A stretch of 64,000 nucleotides of DNA, taken from contig CM059432.1 in NCBI GenBank assembly GCA_030390025.1, positions 1,612,001 through 1,676,000 of the forward strand. Reading direction: 5' to 3'. Position numbers and translations under genes: made by a program. This DNA is from Squalus acanthias. Taxonomy: Eukaryota. Of this stretch, positions 49,350 to 62,459 are shown one piece after another. The notes below the pieces were generated by a model. It was not told the origin of the DNA. It worked only from the letters and a program-made list of their open reading frames with translations, and made no database searches. Each line of letters begins with the position of its first letter. Position 1 is the first letter of the stretch.

Positions 49350-50316
49350 AGAATCATAGAATGATACGGCACAGAAGGAGGCCATTCGGCCCATCGTGTC
49401 CACGCCAGCCGACAAAGAGTTCTCCAGCCTAATCCCACTTTCCAGCTCTTGGTCCGTAGCCCTGTAGGTTACGGCACTTCAAGTGCATATCCAAGTACTT
49501 TTTAAATGTGATGAGGGTTCTGCCTCTACCACCCTTTCAGGCAGTGAGTTCCAGACCCCCACCACCCTCTGGGTGAAGAAATTTCCCCTTAAATCTCCTC
49601 TAAACCTCCTACCAATTACTTTAAATCTATGCCCCCTGGTTATTGACCCTTCTGCTAAGGGAAATATGTCCTTCCTGTTCACTCTATCTAGGCCCCTCAT
49701 AATTTTATACACCTCAATCAAGTCTCCCCTCAGCCTCCTCTGTTCCAAAGAAAGCAACCCCAGCCTATCCAATCTTTCCTCGTAGCTGCAATTCTCCAGT
49801 TCAGGCAACATCCTCGTAAATCTCCTCTGTACCCTCTCTAGTGCAATCACACCTTTTCTGTACTGTGGTGACCAGAACTGCACTCAGTACTCTAGCTGTG
49901 GCCTAACTAGTGTTTTATACAGTTCAAGCATAACCTCCCTGCTCTTATATTCTATGCCTTGGCTAATAAAGGTAAGTATTCCGTATGCCTTCGTAATCAC
50001 CTTAACTACTTGGCCTGCTACCTTCAGGAATCTGTGGACCTGCACTCCAAGGTCCCTTTGTTCCTCTGCACTTCTCAGTGTCCTACCATTTATTGTGTAT
50101 TCCCTTGCCTTGTTAGCCCTCCCCAAATGCATTACCTCACACTTCTCCGGATTGAATCCCATTTGCCACTGTTCTGCCCACCTGACCAGTTCATTGATAT
50201 CTTCCTGCAGTCTACAGCTTCCTTCTTCAGTATCAACCACACAGCCGATTTTAGTATCATCTGCAATCTTCTTAATCATACCCCCCTATATTCAAGTCTA
50301 AATCATTGATATATAC
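49350..50316 (-). mobile_element. 5'-truncated CR1 LINE
   Basis: ORFs 49884-50279 (KIADD) and 49479-49883. Confidence 0.85.
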
Positions 50317-50317
50317 C

Positions 50318-52125
50318 CAGACTCTGACCTGCTCTTGTGGCCACAGTATTTATGTGGTTGGTCCAGTTGAGTTTCTGGTCAATGGTGACCTCTAGGATGT
50401 TGATGGTGGGGGATTCGACGATGGTAATGCTGTTGAATGTCATGGGGTGGTGGTTAGACTCTTGCTTGTTGGAGATCGTCATTGTCTGGCACTTGTGTGG
50501 CGCGAATGTTACTTGCCACTTATCAGCCCAAGCCTAAATGTTGTAAGATCTTGCTGCATGCGGGCATGGACTGCTTCATTATCTGAGGAGTTGCGAATGG
50601 AACTGAACACTGTGCAGTCATCAGCGAACATCCCCACTTCTGACCTTATGATGGAGGGAAGGTCATTGATGAAGCAGCTGAAGATGGTTGGGCCTAGAAC
50701 ATTGCCCTGAGGAACTCCTGCACCGATGTCCTGGGGCTGTGATGATTGACGTCCAACCACCACAACCATCTTCCTTTGTGCTAGGTATGACTCCAGCCAG
50801 TGGAGAGCTTTCTCCCTGATTCCCATTGACTTCAGTTTTACTAGGGCTCCTTGATGACACACTCGGTCAAATGCTGCCTTGATGTCAAGGGCAGTCACTC
50901 TCACCTCACCTCTGGAATTCAGTTCTTTTGTGCATGTTTGAACCAAGGCTGTAATGAGGTCTGGAGCTGAGTGGTCTTGGCGGAACCCAAACTGGGCATC
51001 AGTGAGCAGGTTATTGGTGAGTAAGTGCCGCACTGTCGACGACACCTTCCATCACTTTGCTGATGATTGAGAGTAGACTGATGGGGCGGTAATTGGCCGG
51101 ATTGGATTTGTCCTGCTTTTTGTGGGCAGGACATACCTGGGCAGTTTTCCACATTGTCGGATAGATGCCAGTGTTGTAGCTGTACTGGAACAGCTTGGCT
51201 AGAGGCGCGGCTAGTTCTGAAGCACAAGTCTTCAGCATGATAGCCGGGATGTTGTCGGGGCCCATAGCCTTTGCTGTATCCAGTGCGCTCAGTCGTTTCT
51301 TGATATCACGTGGAGTGAATTGAATTGGCTGAAGACTGGCTTCTGTGGTGGTGGGGACCTCGGGTGGAGGCCGATATGGATCATCCACTCGGCACTTCTG
51401 GCTGAAGATAGTTGCAGACGCTTCAGCCTTGTCTTTTGCACTCACGTGCTGGGCTCCGCCATCAGTGAGGATGGGGATATTCATGGAGTCTCCTCCTCCT
51501 GTTAGTTGTTTAATGGTCCACCACCATTCACGACTGGATGTGGCAGGACTGCAGAGCTTTGATCTGATCTGTTGATTGTGGGATCGCTTAGCTCTGTCTA
51601 TAGCCTGCTGCTTCCACTTTTTAGCATGCATGTAGTCCTGTGTTACAGCTTCCCCAGATTGACACCTCATTTTTAGGTACACCTGATGCTGCTCCTGGCA
51701 TGCTCTTCTGCACTCCTTATTGAACCAGGGTTGGTCCCCTGGCTTGATGGTAATGGTAAAGTGAGGGATATGCCGGGCCATGAGTTTACAGATTGTGGTA
51801 GAATACAATTCTGCTGCTGCTGATGGCCCACAGTGCCTCATGGATGCCCAGTTTTGAGCTGCTAGATCTGTTCTGAATCTATCCCATTTAGCACGGTGGT
51901 TGTGCCACACAACACGATGGAGGGTGTCCTCAGTGTGAAGACGGGACTTCATCTCCACAATGACTGTGCGGTGGTCACTGCTACCAATGCTGTCATGGAC
52001 AGATGCATCTGCGACAGGTAGACGAGGCCAAGTAGGTTTTTCCCTCGTGTTGGTTCTCTCACCACCTGTCGCAGGCCCAGACTGGCAGCTATGTCCTTCA
52101 GCACTCGGCCAGCTCGGTCAGTAGT
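50318..52125 (-). mobile_element. CR1-Zenon-like LINE ORF2 internal fragment
   Basis: ORFs 51011-51958 (KAMGPDNIP, NYRPISLL) and 50509-51045 (QFGFR, LDIKAAFD, GVPQG, MFADD). Confidence 0.8.
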
Positions 52126-52181
52126 ATCATTCTCTGATTCTCTGTAGCAGCTTTGGCCATCCCTTTATATTTGCAGATTGT

Positions 52182-52949
52182 GGAGGAGGAGGGTCGGAGG
52201 AGGGTCGGAGGAGGGTCGGAGGAGGAGGAGGGTCGGAGGAGGGTCGGAGGAGGAGGAGGGTCGGAGGAGGGTCGGAGGAGGGTCGGAGGAGGAGGGTCGG
52301 AGGAGGGTCGGAGGAGGAGGGTCATAGAAACATAGAAACATAGAAACTAGGAGCAGGAGTAGGCCATTCAGCCCGTCGAGCCTGCTCCACCATTCAATAC
52401 GATCATGGCTGATCATCCAAATCCAGTACCCTGTCCCTGCTTTCCTCACACAGAATCCCCATCGAGCCTGCACCGACACATATCCCACCCTATCCCCGTA
52501 ACCCCACGTATTTAATTCCCCCTAACATATCCCATCCTATCCCTGTAACCCCACATATTTAATCCCCCCCGAACACTAAGGGTCAATTTATCATAGCCAA
52601 ATCAACCTAACCCGCACATTTTTGGACTGTGGGAGGAAACCGGAGCACCCGGAGGAAACCCACGCAGACACTGGGAGAATGTGCAAACTCCACACAGACA
52701 GTCACCCGAGGCCAGATTCGAACCTGGGTCTCTGGCGCTGTGAGGCACCAGTGCTAACCACTATGCCACCGTGTTGCCCGGGTCGGAGGAGGGTCGGAGG
52801 AGGAGGGTCGGAGGAGGGTCGGAGGAGGGTCGGAGGAGGAGGGTCGGAGGAGGAGGATCGGAGGAGGGTCAGAGGAGGGTCGGAGGAGGAGGGTCGGAGG
52901 AGGAGGGTCGGAGGAGGGTCGGAGGAGGAGGGTCGGAGGAGGGTCGGAG
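52182..52949. repeat. G-rich (GGA)nGGGTC tandem repeat split by a SINE
   Basis: Arrays at 52182-52323 and 52780-52949. Confidence 0.9.
52324..52779 (-). mobile_element. V-domain tRNA-derived SINE with CR1 tail (HE1-like)
   Basis: Head gggcaacacggtggcatagtggttagcac…ggttcgaatc, V-domain ggtttcctccgggtgctccggtttcctcccac, CR1 tail (TTTCTATG)n, and GGGTC flanking both ends. Confidence 0.8.
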
Positions 52950-53174
52950 TGCTGGATAGGTGCATTAATAACTTAGACAGTCACTTCGGACCCACCCTTG
53001 TGCCAGCACCTGTGTTGGTGCAGGGAATTGTCATTAGAAATAGCTGGAGGAATTCCTCAGGCAGTGACACGGCTCCGGAGGCTGCCACAGAACCTTTTCC
53101 CCGAATGGCTCCGGGATTTTCCACTGGCTTTTCACCTCACCCAGGAGATAACTTCGAATTTACATCAAAAATGC

Positions 53175-53680
53175 AACTCAGAAACAGGCCATTCGGCCCA
53201 ACCAGTCCATGCTGCCGTTTATGCTCCACTCGAGCCTCCTCCCGCCTTTCCTCATCTAAATCTATCAGCATAACCCTCTATTCCCTTCTCCCTCATATGT
53301 TTGTCTAGCCTCCCCTTAAATGCATCTATACTATTCGCTTCAACCACTCCCTGTGGTAGCGAGTTCCACATTCTCACCACTCTTTGGGTAAAGAAGTTTC
53401 TTCTGAATTCCCTATTGGATTTCTTGGTGACTATCTTATATTGATGACCTCTAGTTTTGCTCTTCCCCACAAGTGGAAACATTCTCTCTGTATCCACTCT
53501 ATCAAAACCTTTCATAATTTTATAGACCTCTATTAGGTCACCCCTCAGCCTTCTCTTTTCAAGAGAAAAGAGACCCAGCCTGTTCATCCTTTCCTGATAT
53601 GTATACCCTCGCATTTCTGGTATCATCCTTGTAAATCTTATGTGCACCCTCTCCAGTGCCTCTATATATCCTTTTTATGA
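53175..53680 (-). mobile_element. CR1 3' fragment
   Basis: ORF 53252-53647. Confidence 0.85.
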
Positions 53681-54196
53681 TATGGCTGCAGTGGGGGGCA
53701 GGGGAGGGGAGGGTAGGTAATGGTTAGTCTCGATGTTCCAGCTATGATGAATGTGGGGCAGGTTTGATGGACGAGCTGGTCTTTGCCTACCCTTGGATTT
53801 CGGATGTTCGTGACTGCGCGTACTTCCACACCCAGACCTGGAAACCACTTCCAAGACAGGGACAGTTCCATCACCAACTGTCAAGATAACCCCTGCTTTG
53901 AACGTTGCTGCCACAGGATGGATTGGACGGGTTCTTGAGGATGAGCCACTTACAGGGGTACAGACAAAAAGCGGGGGATGTGCGACTGCTCTTTCAAAGA
54001 GCCAGCACAGGCACGACGGGCCGAATGTCCTCCTTCTGTGCTGTGAGTTTCTATAAATCTATGAATCCTTCCAAGCAGGAGCTGTCTGCCAAATCTCCCA
54101 GTCTGTGTAAGGGCAGACTGTGGGGTAGCAATGAGGTCGTTACTGCTGGTGTGTTCTGGCTGTCTTAACCTGATATCCTAATATCGTGAATCCAGA

Positions 54197-54618
54197 CAAT
54201 AACGACAAAAACTTGTATTTATATAGCGCCTTTAACGTAGTAAAACATCCCAAGGCACTTCACAGGAGCGATTATCAAACAAAATTTGACACCGAGCCAC
54301 ATAAGGAGATATTAGGACAGGTGACCAAAACCTGGGTCAAAGAGGTCGGTTTTAAGGAGCGTCTTAAAGGAGGAGAGAGAGGTGGAGAGGTTTAGGGAGG
54401 GAATTCCAGAGCTTAAGGCCCAGGCAGCTGAAGGCACGGCCGCCAATGGTGGAGCGATGGAAATCGGGGTTTAAGCGAGAGGCCAGAATTGGAGGAGCGC
54501 AGAGATCTCGGGGGGTTGTAGGGCTGGAGGAGATTACAGAGATAGGGAGGGGGCAAGGCCATGGAGGGATTTGAAAATAAGGATGATAATTTTAAACTCG
54601 CAGCGTTGCCGGATCGGG
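54197..54618 (-). mobile_element. L2-clade LINE 3' fragment
   Basis: PPPYLCNLLQPYNPPRSLRSS motif. Same 3' end as 2083-2290. Confidence 0.8.
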
Positions 54619-54712
54619 ACAGGATAGAATGCTGTCGACTGGAACCCTCAGTCTTTGGTGAAGGAAGCTGTGCCTGGATTTTGGATGTCACCCAAGGGGA
54701 CCTTTATTGAAG

Positions 54713-55103
54713 GTGTCAGCTGTGGCTCAGTGGGCAGCACTCTCACCTCTGAGTCAGGAGATGTTGGGTTCTAAGTCCCACTCCAGACACTTGAGGAACA
54801 AAATCTAGGCTGACACTTTGCCCGTCTGCCCTCTCAGGTGGATGTAAAAGATCCCGGGGCACTATTGCGAAGAAGAGCAGGTGAGTTCTCCCCGGTGTCC
54901 TGGGGCCAATATTTATCCCTCAACCAACATCACTAAAAACAGATTATCTGGTCATTATCACATTGCTGTTTGTGGGATCATGCTGTGTGCAAATTAGCTG
55001 CCGCGTTTCAACAGTGACTACACTTCAAAAGTACTTCATTGGCTGTAAAGCGCTTTGGGACGTCCTGAGGTCGTGAAAGGCGCTATAGAAATGCAAGTCT
55101 CTC
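54713..55103 (+). mobile_element. Deu-domain SINE with an internal deletion
   Basis: Head, body and tail match 46670-47125. Confidence 0.8.
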
Positions 55104-55413
55104 TTCCTCCCTTCCCCCCTCCCTCCACCACCTGTACTATGGGTAGCAAAGATCATATTATCAGCCCGTATATGGGAAGCTCTGACTTTTAAACCATTGA
55201 TACAATGGAAAATCCTCCAACTAGTCTATTCTAAGATTGCGAAGTAATGAGCTTGGCAATGTGCTGTGAATTCTACCCGTGACTAATTGTACACAATAAA
55301 AGGCACCAGTGAGACAGAATTACACACAAAGTGCTAATTCAATTCAAAATAACCCCCAAATGCTAGAACCATCAGGAAAGATTGAACGGGCTGGGGCTCT
55401 TTTCTCCAGATGC

Positions 55414-55850
55414 GTGTCAGCTGTGGCTCAGTGGGTAGTGCTCTCGCCTCTGAGTCAGAAGGTTGGGGGTTCAAATCCCACTCCAGGGACTTGAGCACAA
55501 AAGTCTGGGCTGACACTCCAGTGGAGTGCTGCACTGTTGGTAGGTGTCGCTGTTCCGATGAGACGTTAAACCGAAGCCCCGTCTGCTCTCTCAGGCGGAT
55601 GTAAAAAAACCCACGGCACTATTTTGAGGAAGAGTCATTCCTGGGGCCAATATTTATCCCTCAACCAACATCACTAAAACAGATTATCTGGTCATTATCA
55701 CATTTCTGTTTGTGGGAGCTTGCTGTGCGCGAATTGGCTGCTGCGTTTCCCACATTGCAAGTGACTAGACTTCAAAAAGTACTTCATTGGCTGTCCAGCA
55801 CTTTGGGACGTCCGGTAGTCGAGAAAGGCGCGATCTAAATCTTTCTTTTC
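55414..55850 (+). mobile_element. Deu-domain SINE
   Basis: Head, body and tail match 46670-47125. Confidence 0.8.
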
Positions 55851-56021
55851 TTTGAAAAAAGAGAAGGTTGAGGGTTGACCTCATAGAGCTCCTTAAAATT
55901 ATGAAGGGATTTGATGTAGAGAGGATATTTCCACTTGTTGGGAGTCCAAAACTGAGGGTCATAAATGTAAGATAGTCACTAATAAATCCAATAGGGAATT
56001 CAGGAGAAACTTCTTTACCCA

Positions 56022-56830
56022 ATCATCTCAATCCCAGGACATCGCTGCAGGAGTTCCTCAGGGCAGTATCCTAGGCCCAACCATCTCCAGCTGCTTCATC
56101 AATGACCTTCCCTCCCTCATAAGGTCAGAAGTGGGGATGTTCGCTGATGATTGCACAGTGTTCAGTTCCATTCATAATTCCTCAGATTGGCGTTAAATTA
56201 ATCCGTGCCCACATGCAGCAAGGCCTGGACAACATCCAGGCTTCAGCTGATAAGTGGCAAGTAATATTCGCGCCACACAAGTGCCAGGCAATGACCATCT
56301 CCAACAAGAGAGCATCTAACCACCTCCCCTTGACATTCAACGACATTACCATCGCTAAATCCCCCACCATCAACATCCTGGGGGTCACCATTGACCAGAA
56401 AATTAACTGGACCAGCCACATAAATACTGTGGCAACAAGAGCAGGTCAGAGGCTAGGTATTCTGTGGCGAGTGTCTCACCTCCTGACTCCCCAAAGCCTT
56501 TCCACCATCTACAAGGCACAAGTAAGGAGTGTGATGGGATACTCTCCACTTGCCTGGATGAGTGCAGCTCCAACAACACTCAAGAAGCTCGACACCATCC
56601 AAGACAAAGCAGCCCGCTTGATTGGCACCCCATCCACCACCTTAAACATTCACTCCCTCCACCACCGGTGTACCGTGGCTGCAGTGTGTACCATCTACAA
56701 GATGCACTGCAGCAACTCGCCAAGGCTTCTTCGGCAGCACCTCCCAATATATCGGCCGTTCCGTCATCATCGCTGGGTGAAAATCCTGGAACTCCCTCCC
56801 TAACAGCACTGTGGGAGTACCTTCACCACA
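56022..56830 (+). mobile_element. CR1-Zenon-like LINE fragment
   Basis: ORF 56147-56803 has YKAQVRSVMGYS. RT motifs lie upstream. Confidence 0.8.
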
Positions 56831-57190
56831 TGAGTTCAAATCCCATCTCGGCAGCTGAGAAATTTAAATTCAGTTAATTAAATAAATTTAGAATAAAAAA
56901 GCTAGTGTCAGTAATGGTGACCATGAAACTACTGGATTGCTTCACTAATGTCCCTTAGGGAAGGAAATCTGCCACCCTTATCCGGTCTGGCCTGTGTGTG
57001 ACTCCAGACCCACAGCCATGTGGTTGACTTTTCACTGCCCTCTGAAATAGCCGAGCAAGTCACTCAGTTATCCGCTACAAAAAACTGCAGCGGTTCAAGG
57101 CGGCGGCTCACCACCACCTTCTCAAGGGCAATTAGTGATGGGCAATAAATTCTGGCCTTGCCAGCGATGCCCATATCCTGAGAATGAATA
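56830..57190 (+). mobile_element. SINE with a Meta-like core and Zenon-like LINE tail
   Basis: B-box gagttcaaatccc, core ttcactaatgtcccttagggaaggaaatctgcc…gtctggcct…gtgactccagacc, and a tail shared with the Zenon-like LINE. The domain name is from memory. Confidence 0.55.
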
Positions 57191-57204
57191 AATTGTTTAA
57201 AGAG

Positions 57205-57435
57205 AGCGGTGAGAATGTGGAACTTGCTACCGCAGGGAGTGGTTGAGGCGAATAGCAGCGATGCATTTAAGGGGAAGTGAGATAAACACCTGGGGGATGA
57301 AGGAATCGAAGGATATGCTGATGGGGTGAGATGAAGAGGGGTGGGAGGAGGCTCGTATGGAGCAGAAACACCGGCACGGACCAGTTGGGCCGAATGGTCT
57401 GTTTCTGTGCTGCACATTCTATGTAATTCTATGTA
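57205..57435 (+). mobile_element. CR1 3' end
   Basis: Matches 1710-1931. Confidence 0.75.
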
Positions 57436-58283
57436 GTGTGCGAGAAGCTGAAGAACTAGAATCATATGTAGGATTCTTATGTGTTAACATCTGCAGATAG
57501 AGAGAGAGCTGGGATATAGACAGAGGTTGACAGGCAATGCACGAGCTGTGAGATTTGGTTTCTGAAATTACTATTTCTTTTATTAAGTATTGGGCGATTG
57601 TATATTTTCCAAGTTTGTTAAATTACCAATACATTATACAATTTGTGTGGGGAAGTTCAGGAATTCTAATAAAGCAAGCTTTTAGCTTACTTCTTTTTCT
57701 TTCAAATACAGCTTTTGTAACAAATATCAAAAGCAAATTAAAAAAAAACAATCTCCTTCTGAATGGAATATTGATTTAAGTCCGAGCCTTTTGGGGTGAA
57801 AATCGCGGTGGAGAGAAAACAGAAAAAAGAAACAACCTCGAGGAATCCTTGAGAGAGGCAGCAGACCGCTGTGTTGGAAGGTAATACGATGATCAATTCT
57901 TCAGAAAGGTAATTACTTTTTTGTCGAGAAGAAACGGCTTAGGAAATCAGTTATTTCCGCAGATGTGGGGGGAAAATAAAGTAGCAGCAGTATTGCAGGT
58001 GCCTGGGGCTAAGAACGCACGGAGAATGTGCGATGTCGAGAGGTGGTTTACAACAACAACAACAACAACAACATGCTATGGGGGGAGGCTTGTGTCTCAC
58101 AGGTGCTCAATGATTGAGCGAGTTTTCTTTCTGTGTTTATTAAAAATGGCTAAACAGGGCAGCTGAGACCATAGAGTGGACAATGAGGTCCTGTTTGATA
58201 CTTTCTTACATTACAACAGTGACTACACTTCAAAAGTACTTCATTGGCTGTCAAGCGCTTTGAGATGTCCTGAGATCTGTTGG

Positions 58284-58622
58284 TCTCTCTCCCTCTTTCT
58301 TTCTCTTTCTCTTTCTTTCACTCTCTTTCTCTCTCTTTCTCTCTCTTTTCTCTCTCTCTCTTTCCCTCTCTCTCTCTTTCTTTCTCTCTCTCTTTCTCTC
58401 TCTTTCTTTCTCGCTCTCTTTCTCTCTCTTTCTTTCTCTCTTTCTCTTTCTTTCCTTCTCTCTCTTTCCTTCTCTCTCTCTTTCCTTCTCTCTCTCTCTT
58501 TCTTTCTCTCTCTCTTTCTCTCTCTTTTCTTCTCTCTCTCTTTCCTTCTCTCTCTCTTTCCTTCTCTCTCTCTCTCTCTTTCTTTCTCTCTCTCTCTCTC
58601 TCTCTTCCCTTCTTTCTTTCTT
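58284..58622. repeat. Polypyrimidine (CT/CTTT)n tract
   Basis: Directly visible. Confidence 0.95.
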
Positions 58623-58769
58623 GTCCATTTTCTTTGAACATATCAATTCCCAGGTCACCAAGGTGACCAAGGTGACTATTTTGCAGCCCAACACTCGGGG
58701 AAAGTTTTATTTCCTTGCGAACTTGTTCCTTCTCCCAATCCCCCTGCTCCACCCTTCCAAAAAATTGAA

Positions 58770-60158
58770 GTGTCAGCCGTGGCTCAGTGGGTAGCGCTCG
58801 CGTCTCTAAGTCAGAAAGTCGCAACCCAGAGACTTGAGCACATAATCTAGGCTGATACTCCAGTGCAGTACTGAAGGAGTGCTGCATTGTTGGAGGTGCC
58901 GTCTTTTGGATGAGACGTTAAACCGAGGTCCCGTCTGCTTTCTCAGGTGGACGTTAAAGATCCCATGGCACTATTTTGAAGAAGAGCAGGGGAGTTATCC
59001 CTGGTGTCCTGGCCAATATTTATCCCTCAACTAATATCACTAAAACAGATTATCTGAACATTACAAAGCTGGGTGGGAATGTAAGTTGTGAGGAGGGTGC
59101 AAAGAGGCTTCAAGGGGATATAGACAGGCTAAGTGAGTGGGCAAGAACATGGCAAATGGAATATAATGTAGAGAAATGTGAAGTTATCCATTTTGGTAGG
59201 AAAAATAGAAAAGCAGAGTATTTTTTAAATGGTGAGAGATTGGGAAATGTTGGTGTTCAGAGGGACCTGGGTGTCCTTGTACACGAATCACTGAAAATTA
59301 ACATGCAGGTACAGCAAGCAATTAGGATAGCAAATGGTATGTTGGCCTTTATTACAAGAGGATTTGAGTATAAGAGTAAAGACTTCTTACTGCAATTATA
59401 TAGGGCCCTGGTGAGACCACACCTGGAATATTGTGTACAGTTTTGGTCTCCTTACCTAAGGAAGGATATACTTGCCATAGAGGGAGTGCAACGAAGGTTC
59501 ACCAGACTGGTTCCTGGGATGGGGGGGATTGTCCTATGAGGACAGATTGAGTAGACTAGGCCTATATTCTCTAGAGTTTAGAAGAATGAGAGGTGATCTC
59601 ATGGAAACATACAAAATTCTTACAGGGCTTGACAGGGTAGATGCAGGGAGGATGTTTCCCCTGGCTGGGGAGTCTAGAACCAGGGGTCACAGTCTCAGAA
59701 TAAGGTGTTGGCCATTTAGGACTGAGATGAGGAGAAATTTCTTCACTCAGAGGGTGGTGAATCTTTGGAATTCTCTACCCCAGAGGGCTGTGGAGGCTCA
59801 ATCGTTGAGTATATTCAAGACAGAGATCGATAGATTTTTGGATATTAAGGGAATCAAGGGATATGGGGATCGGGCGGGAAAGTGGAGATGAAGTAGCAGA
59901 TCAGCCATGATCTTATTGAATGGCAGAGCAGGCTCGAGGGGCTGAATGGCCTACTCCTGCTCCTATTTCTTATGTTTTTATGCTTTTATTTACCTCATTG
60001 CTGTTGTGGGAGCTTGCTGTGCGCAATATGGATGCCGTGTTTCCTGCATTACCACAGTGACTACACTTTAAAAAAAAGTGCTTCACTGGCTGTGGAGCGC
60101 TTTGGGACGTCCTGAGGTTGTGAAAGGCGCTATAGAAATGCAAGTCTTTCTTTCTTTC
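58770..60158 (+). mobile_element. Deu-domain SINE split by a 5'-truncated CR1 (about 59058-59982)
   Basis: SINE 5' half at 58770-59056 and 3' half at about 59990-60158. CR1 ORFs 58976-59539 and 59529-59891. Confidence 0.8.
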
Positions 60159-60187
60159 TAAACATACTAATGTCATGTATGCTATAT

Positions 60188-61030
60188 GAAGCTGGGGTTG
60201 TTCTACTTAGAGCAGAGAAGGTTAAGGGGAGATCTAATAGAGGCGTTCAAAATTATGAATAGTTTTGATAGAGAAACTGCTTCCACTGTCAGGCGGGTCA
60301 GTTACCAAAGGACACGGATTAAAATAATTGGCAAAAGAACCAGAGGGGGAGAGGAGGAGAATTTTTTTTACGCAGCGAGTTGTTGTGATCTGGAATGCAC
60401 TGCCTGAAAGGGCGGTGGAAGCAGATTCAATAGTGACTTTCAAAAGGGAATTGGATAAATACTGGAAGGGGAAAAAATTGCAGGTCTATGGGGAAAGGGC
60501 AAGGGGAGGGTGGGTATACATATCAGGAAAGGATGAACAGGCTGGGTCTCTGTTCTATTGAAAAAAGAAGACTGAGGGGTGACCTAATAGAGGTCTTTAA
60601 AATTATGAAAATTTTTGAAAGAGTGGATAGGGAGAGAATGTTTCCCCTTGTGGGGAAGAGCATAACTAGAGGCCATCAATATAAGATAGTCACCAAGAAA
60701 TCTAATAGGGAATTCAGAAGAAACTTCTTTACCCAGAGAGTGGTGAGAATGTGGAACTCGCTACCACAGGGAGTGGTTGATGCATTTAAGGGGAGGCTAG
60801 ACAAGCATATGAGGGAGAAGGGAATAGAGGGTTACGCTGATAGATTTAGATGAGGAAAGGCGGGAGGAGGCTCGAGTGGAGCATAAACACCGGCATGGAC
60901 TGGTTGGGCCGAATGGCCTATTTCTGGGCCGTATATCATATGTAATCCTATCTAATTGGATAGCTCTTTCAAAGAGCCGGCACAGGTGGAATGGGCTGAA
61001 TGGCCTCCTTTTGTGCTGTATGATTCTATA
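60188..61030 (+). mobile_element. CR1 3' fragment with a second CR1 (about 60509-60945) nested in it
   Basis: ORFs 60186-60407, 60328-60561 and 60488-60853. Confidence 0.75.
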
Positions 61031-61299
61031 TGAACAATCCCTTTATCTTGTACATGGGAATGCATGCCAATTACATTAAATTGTATGAAAGATTTTTCAA
61101 AAAGAAATGTTTTGGTGGCTTCAGAGAGTATGTAACGCTATAGGATGGCAAACGGATTTACCTCCTCTCCTCCAAGCATTCTTCCTCTAATAGCAAAGCA
61201 TGGAGTATTGACCTACTTTGATTTACTAGACCCGAGGCCACTGCTTTAAGCTAAGTCTGAGAATGTATATCGATAATCACATGTAACAAGATGGTAGAA

Positions 61300-62075
61300 A
61301 GAATAGGGAGGTCACATATTACTTGGAGGGTGCGAGTCTGGGTGGGGTCGAGGAGCAAAGGGATCTCGGAGTACAAATACACAAATCACTAAAAGTTGCG
61401 CCACAGGTTAGCAAGGCCATTTTTAAAGCAAACCAGGCACTAGGGTTTATTTCTAGAGGGATAGAATTGAAAAGTAGGGAAGTTATGCTAAACCTGTATT
61501 GAACCTTGGTTAGACCACACTTGGAATAATGTGTACAGTTCTGGTCGCCAAATTATAAAAAGGATATAGAGGCACTGGGGAGGGTGCAGAGAAGGTTTAC
61601 AAGGATGATACCAGAAATACGAGGGTATACCTATCAGGAAAGGATGAACAGGCTGGGTCTCTTTTCTCTTGAAAAAAGAAGGCTGAGGGGCAACCTAATA
61701 GAGGTCTTTAAAATTATGAAAGGTTTTGAGAGAGTGGATACAGAGAGAACATTTGCACTTGTGGGGAAGAGCAAAACTAGAGGCCATCAATATAAGATAG
61801 TCACCAAGAAATCCAATGGGGAATTCAGAAGAAACTTCTTTACCCAGAGAGTGGTGAGAATGTGGAACTCGCTACCACAGGGAGTGGTTGAAGCGAATAG
61901 TATAGATACATTTAAGGGGAGGCTAGACAAGCATATGAGGGAGAAGGGAATCGAGGGTTACGCTGATAGATTTAGATGAGGAAAGACGGGAGGAGGCTCG
62001 AGTGGAGCATAAACACCGGCACGGACTGGTTGGGCCGAATGGCCTGTTTCTGTGCTGTACATCCTATGTAAATCT
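61300..62075 (+). mobile_element. CR1 3' fragment
   Basis: ORF 61584-61979 followed by a tail. Confidence 0.85.
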
Positions 62076-62459
62076 ACGTAGTACGCTCCAGGAAAATGAC
62101 AAAAGAACCTCTTAATCTGCAAGTTGATTGTTACACGTTGTGTCTTTCTTTTCTGGGGTGGGGTGTCGGTGGAAAAACCATAAGAAACTTGTGCTTCGGG
62201 AAGCAATATGCCATTTTGTTCTGAATTGTTTTCCGATTTTCCATCCAGAGTTTTGGAGCTTGCATTGAAAGAAGGTTGGCATTTTGGGAATTCTGCCGAG
62301 CGCCGTGTGAAATCTCAGTACGATCACAAGCGGTTAATGCATTTGTAACAAATTCCAATGTCTGCTTTTTCTTTATGAGAGTCTTAACTGTATTCCTTTT
62401 CAAGCAGGTTAAAGTATCGGATGGAGGAATTTGGTAATAGCCTCTTAAGCATTGGGACA

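Noticed and set aside
58176..58887. Ser/Leu/Phe-rich and Arg/Glu/Lys-rich ORFs
   Set aside because: Translations of a (CT)n tract.
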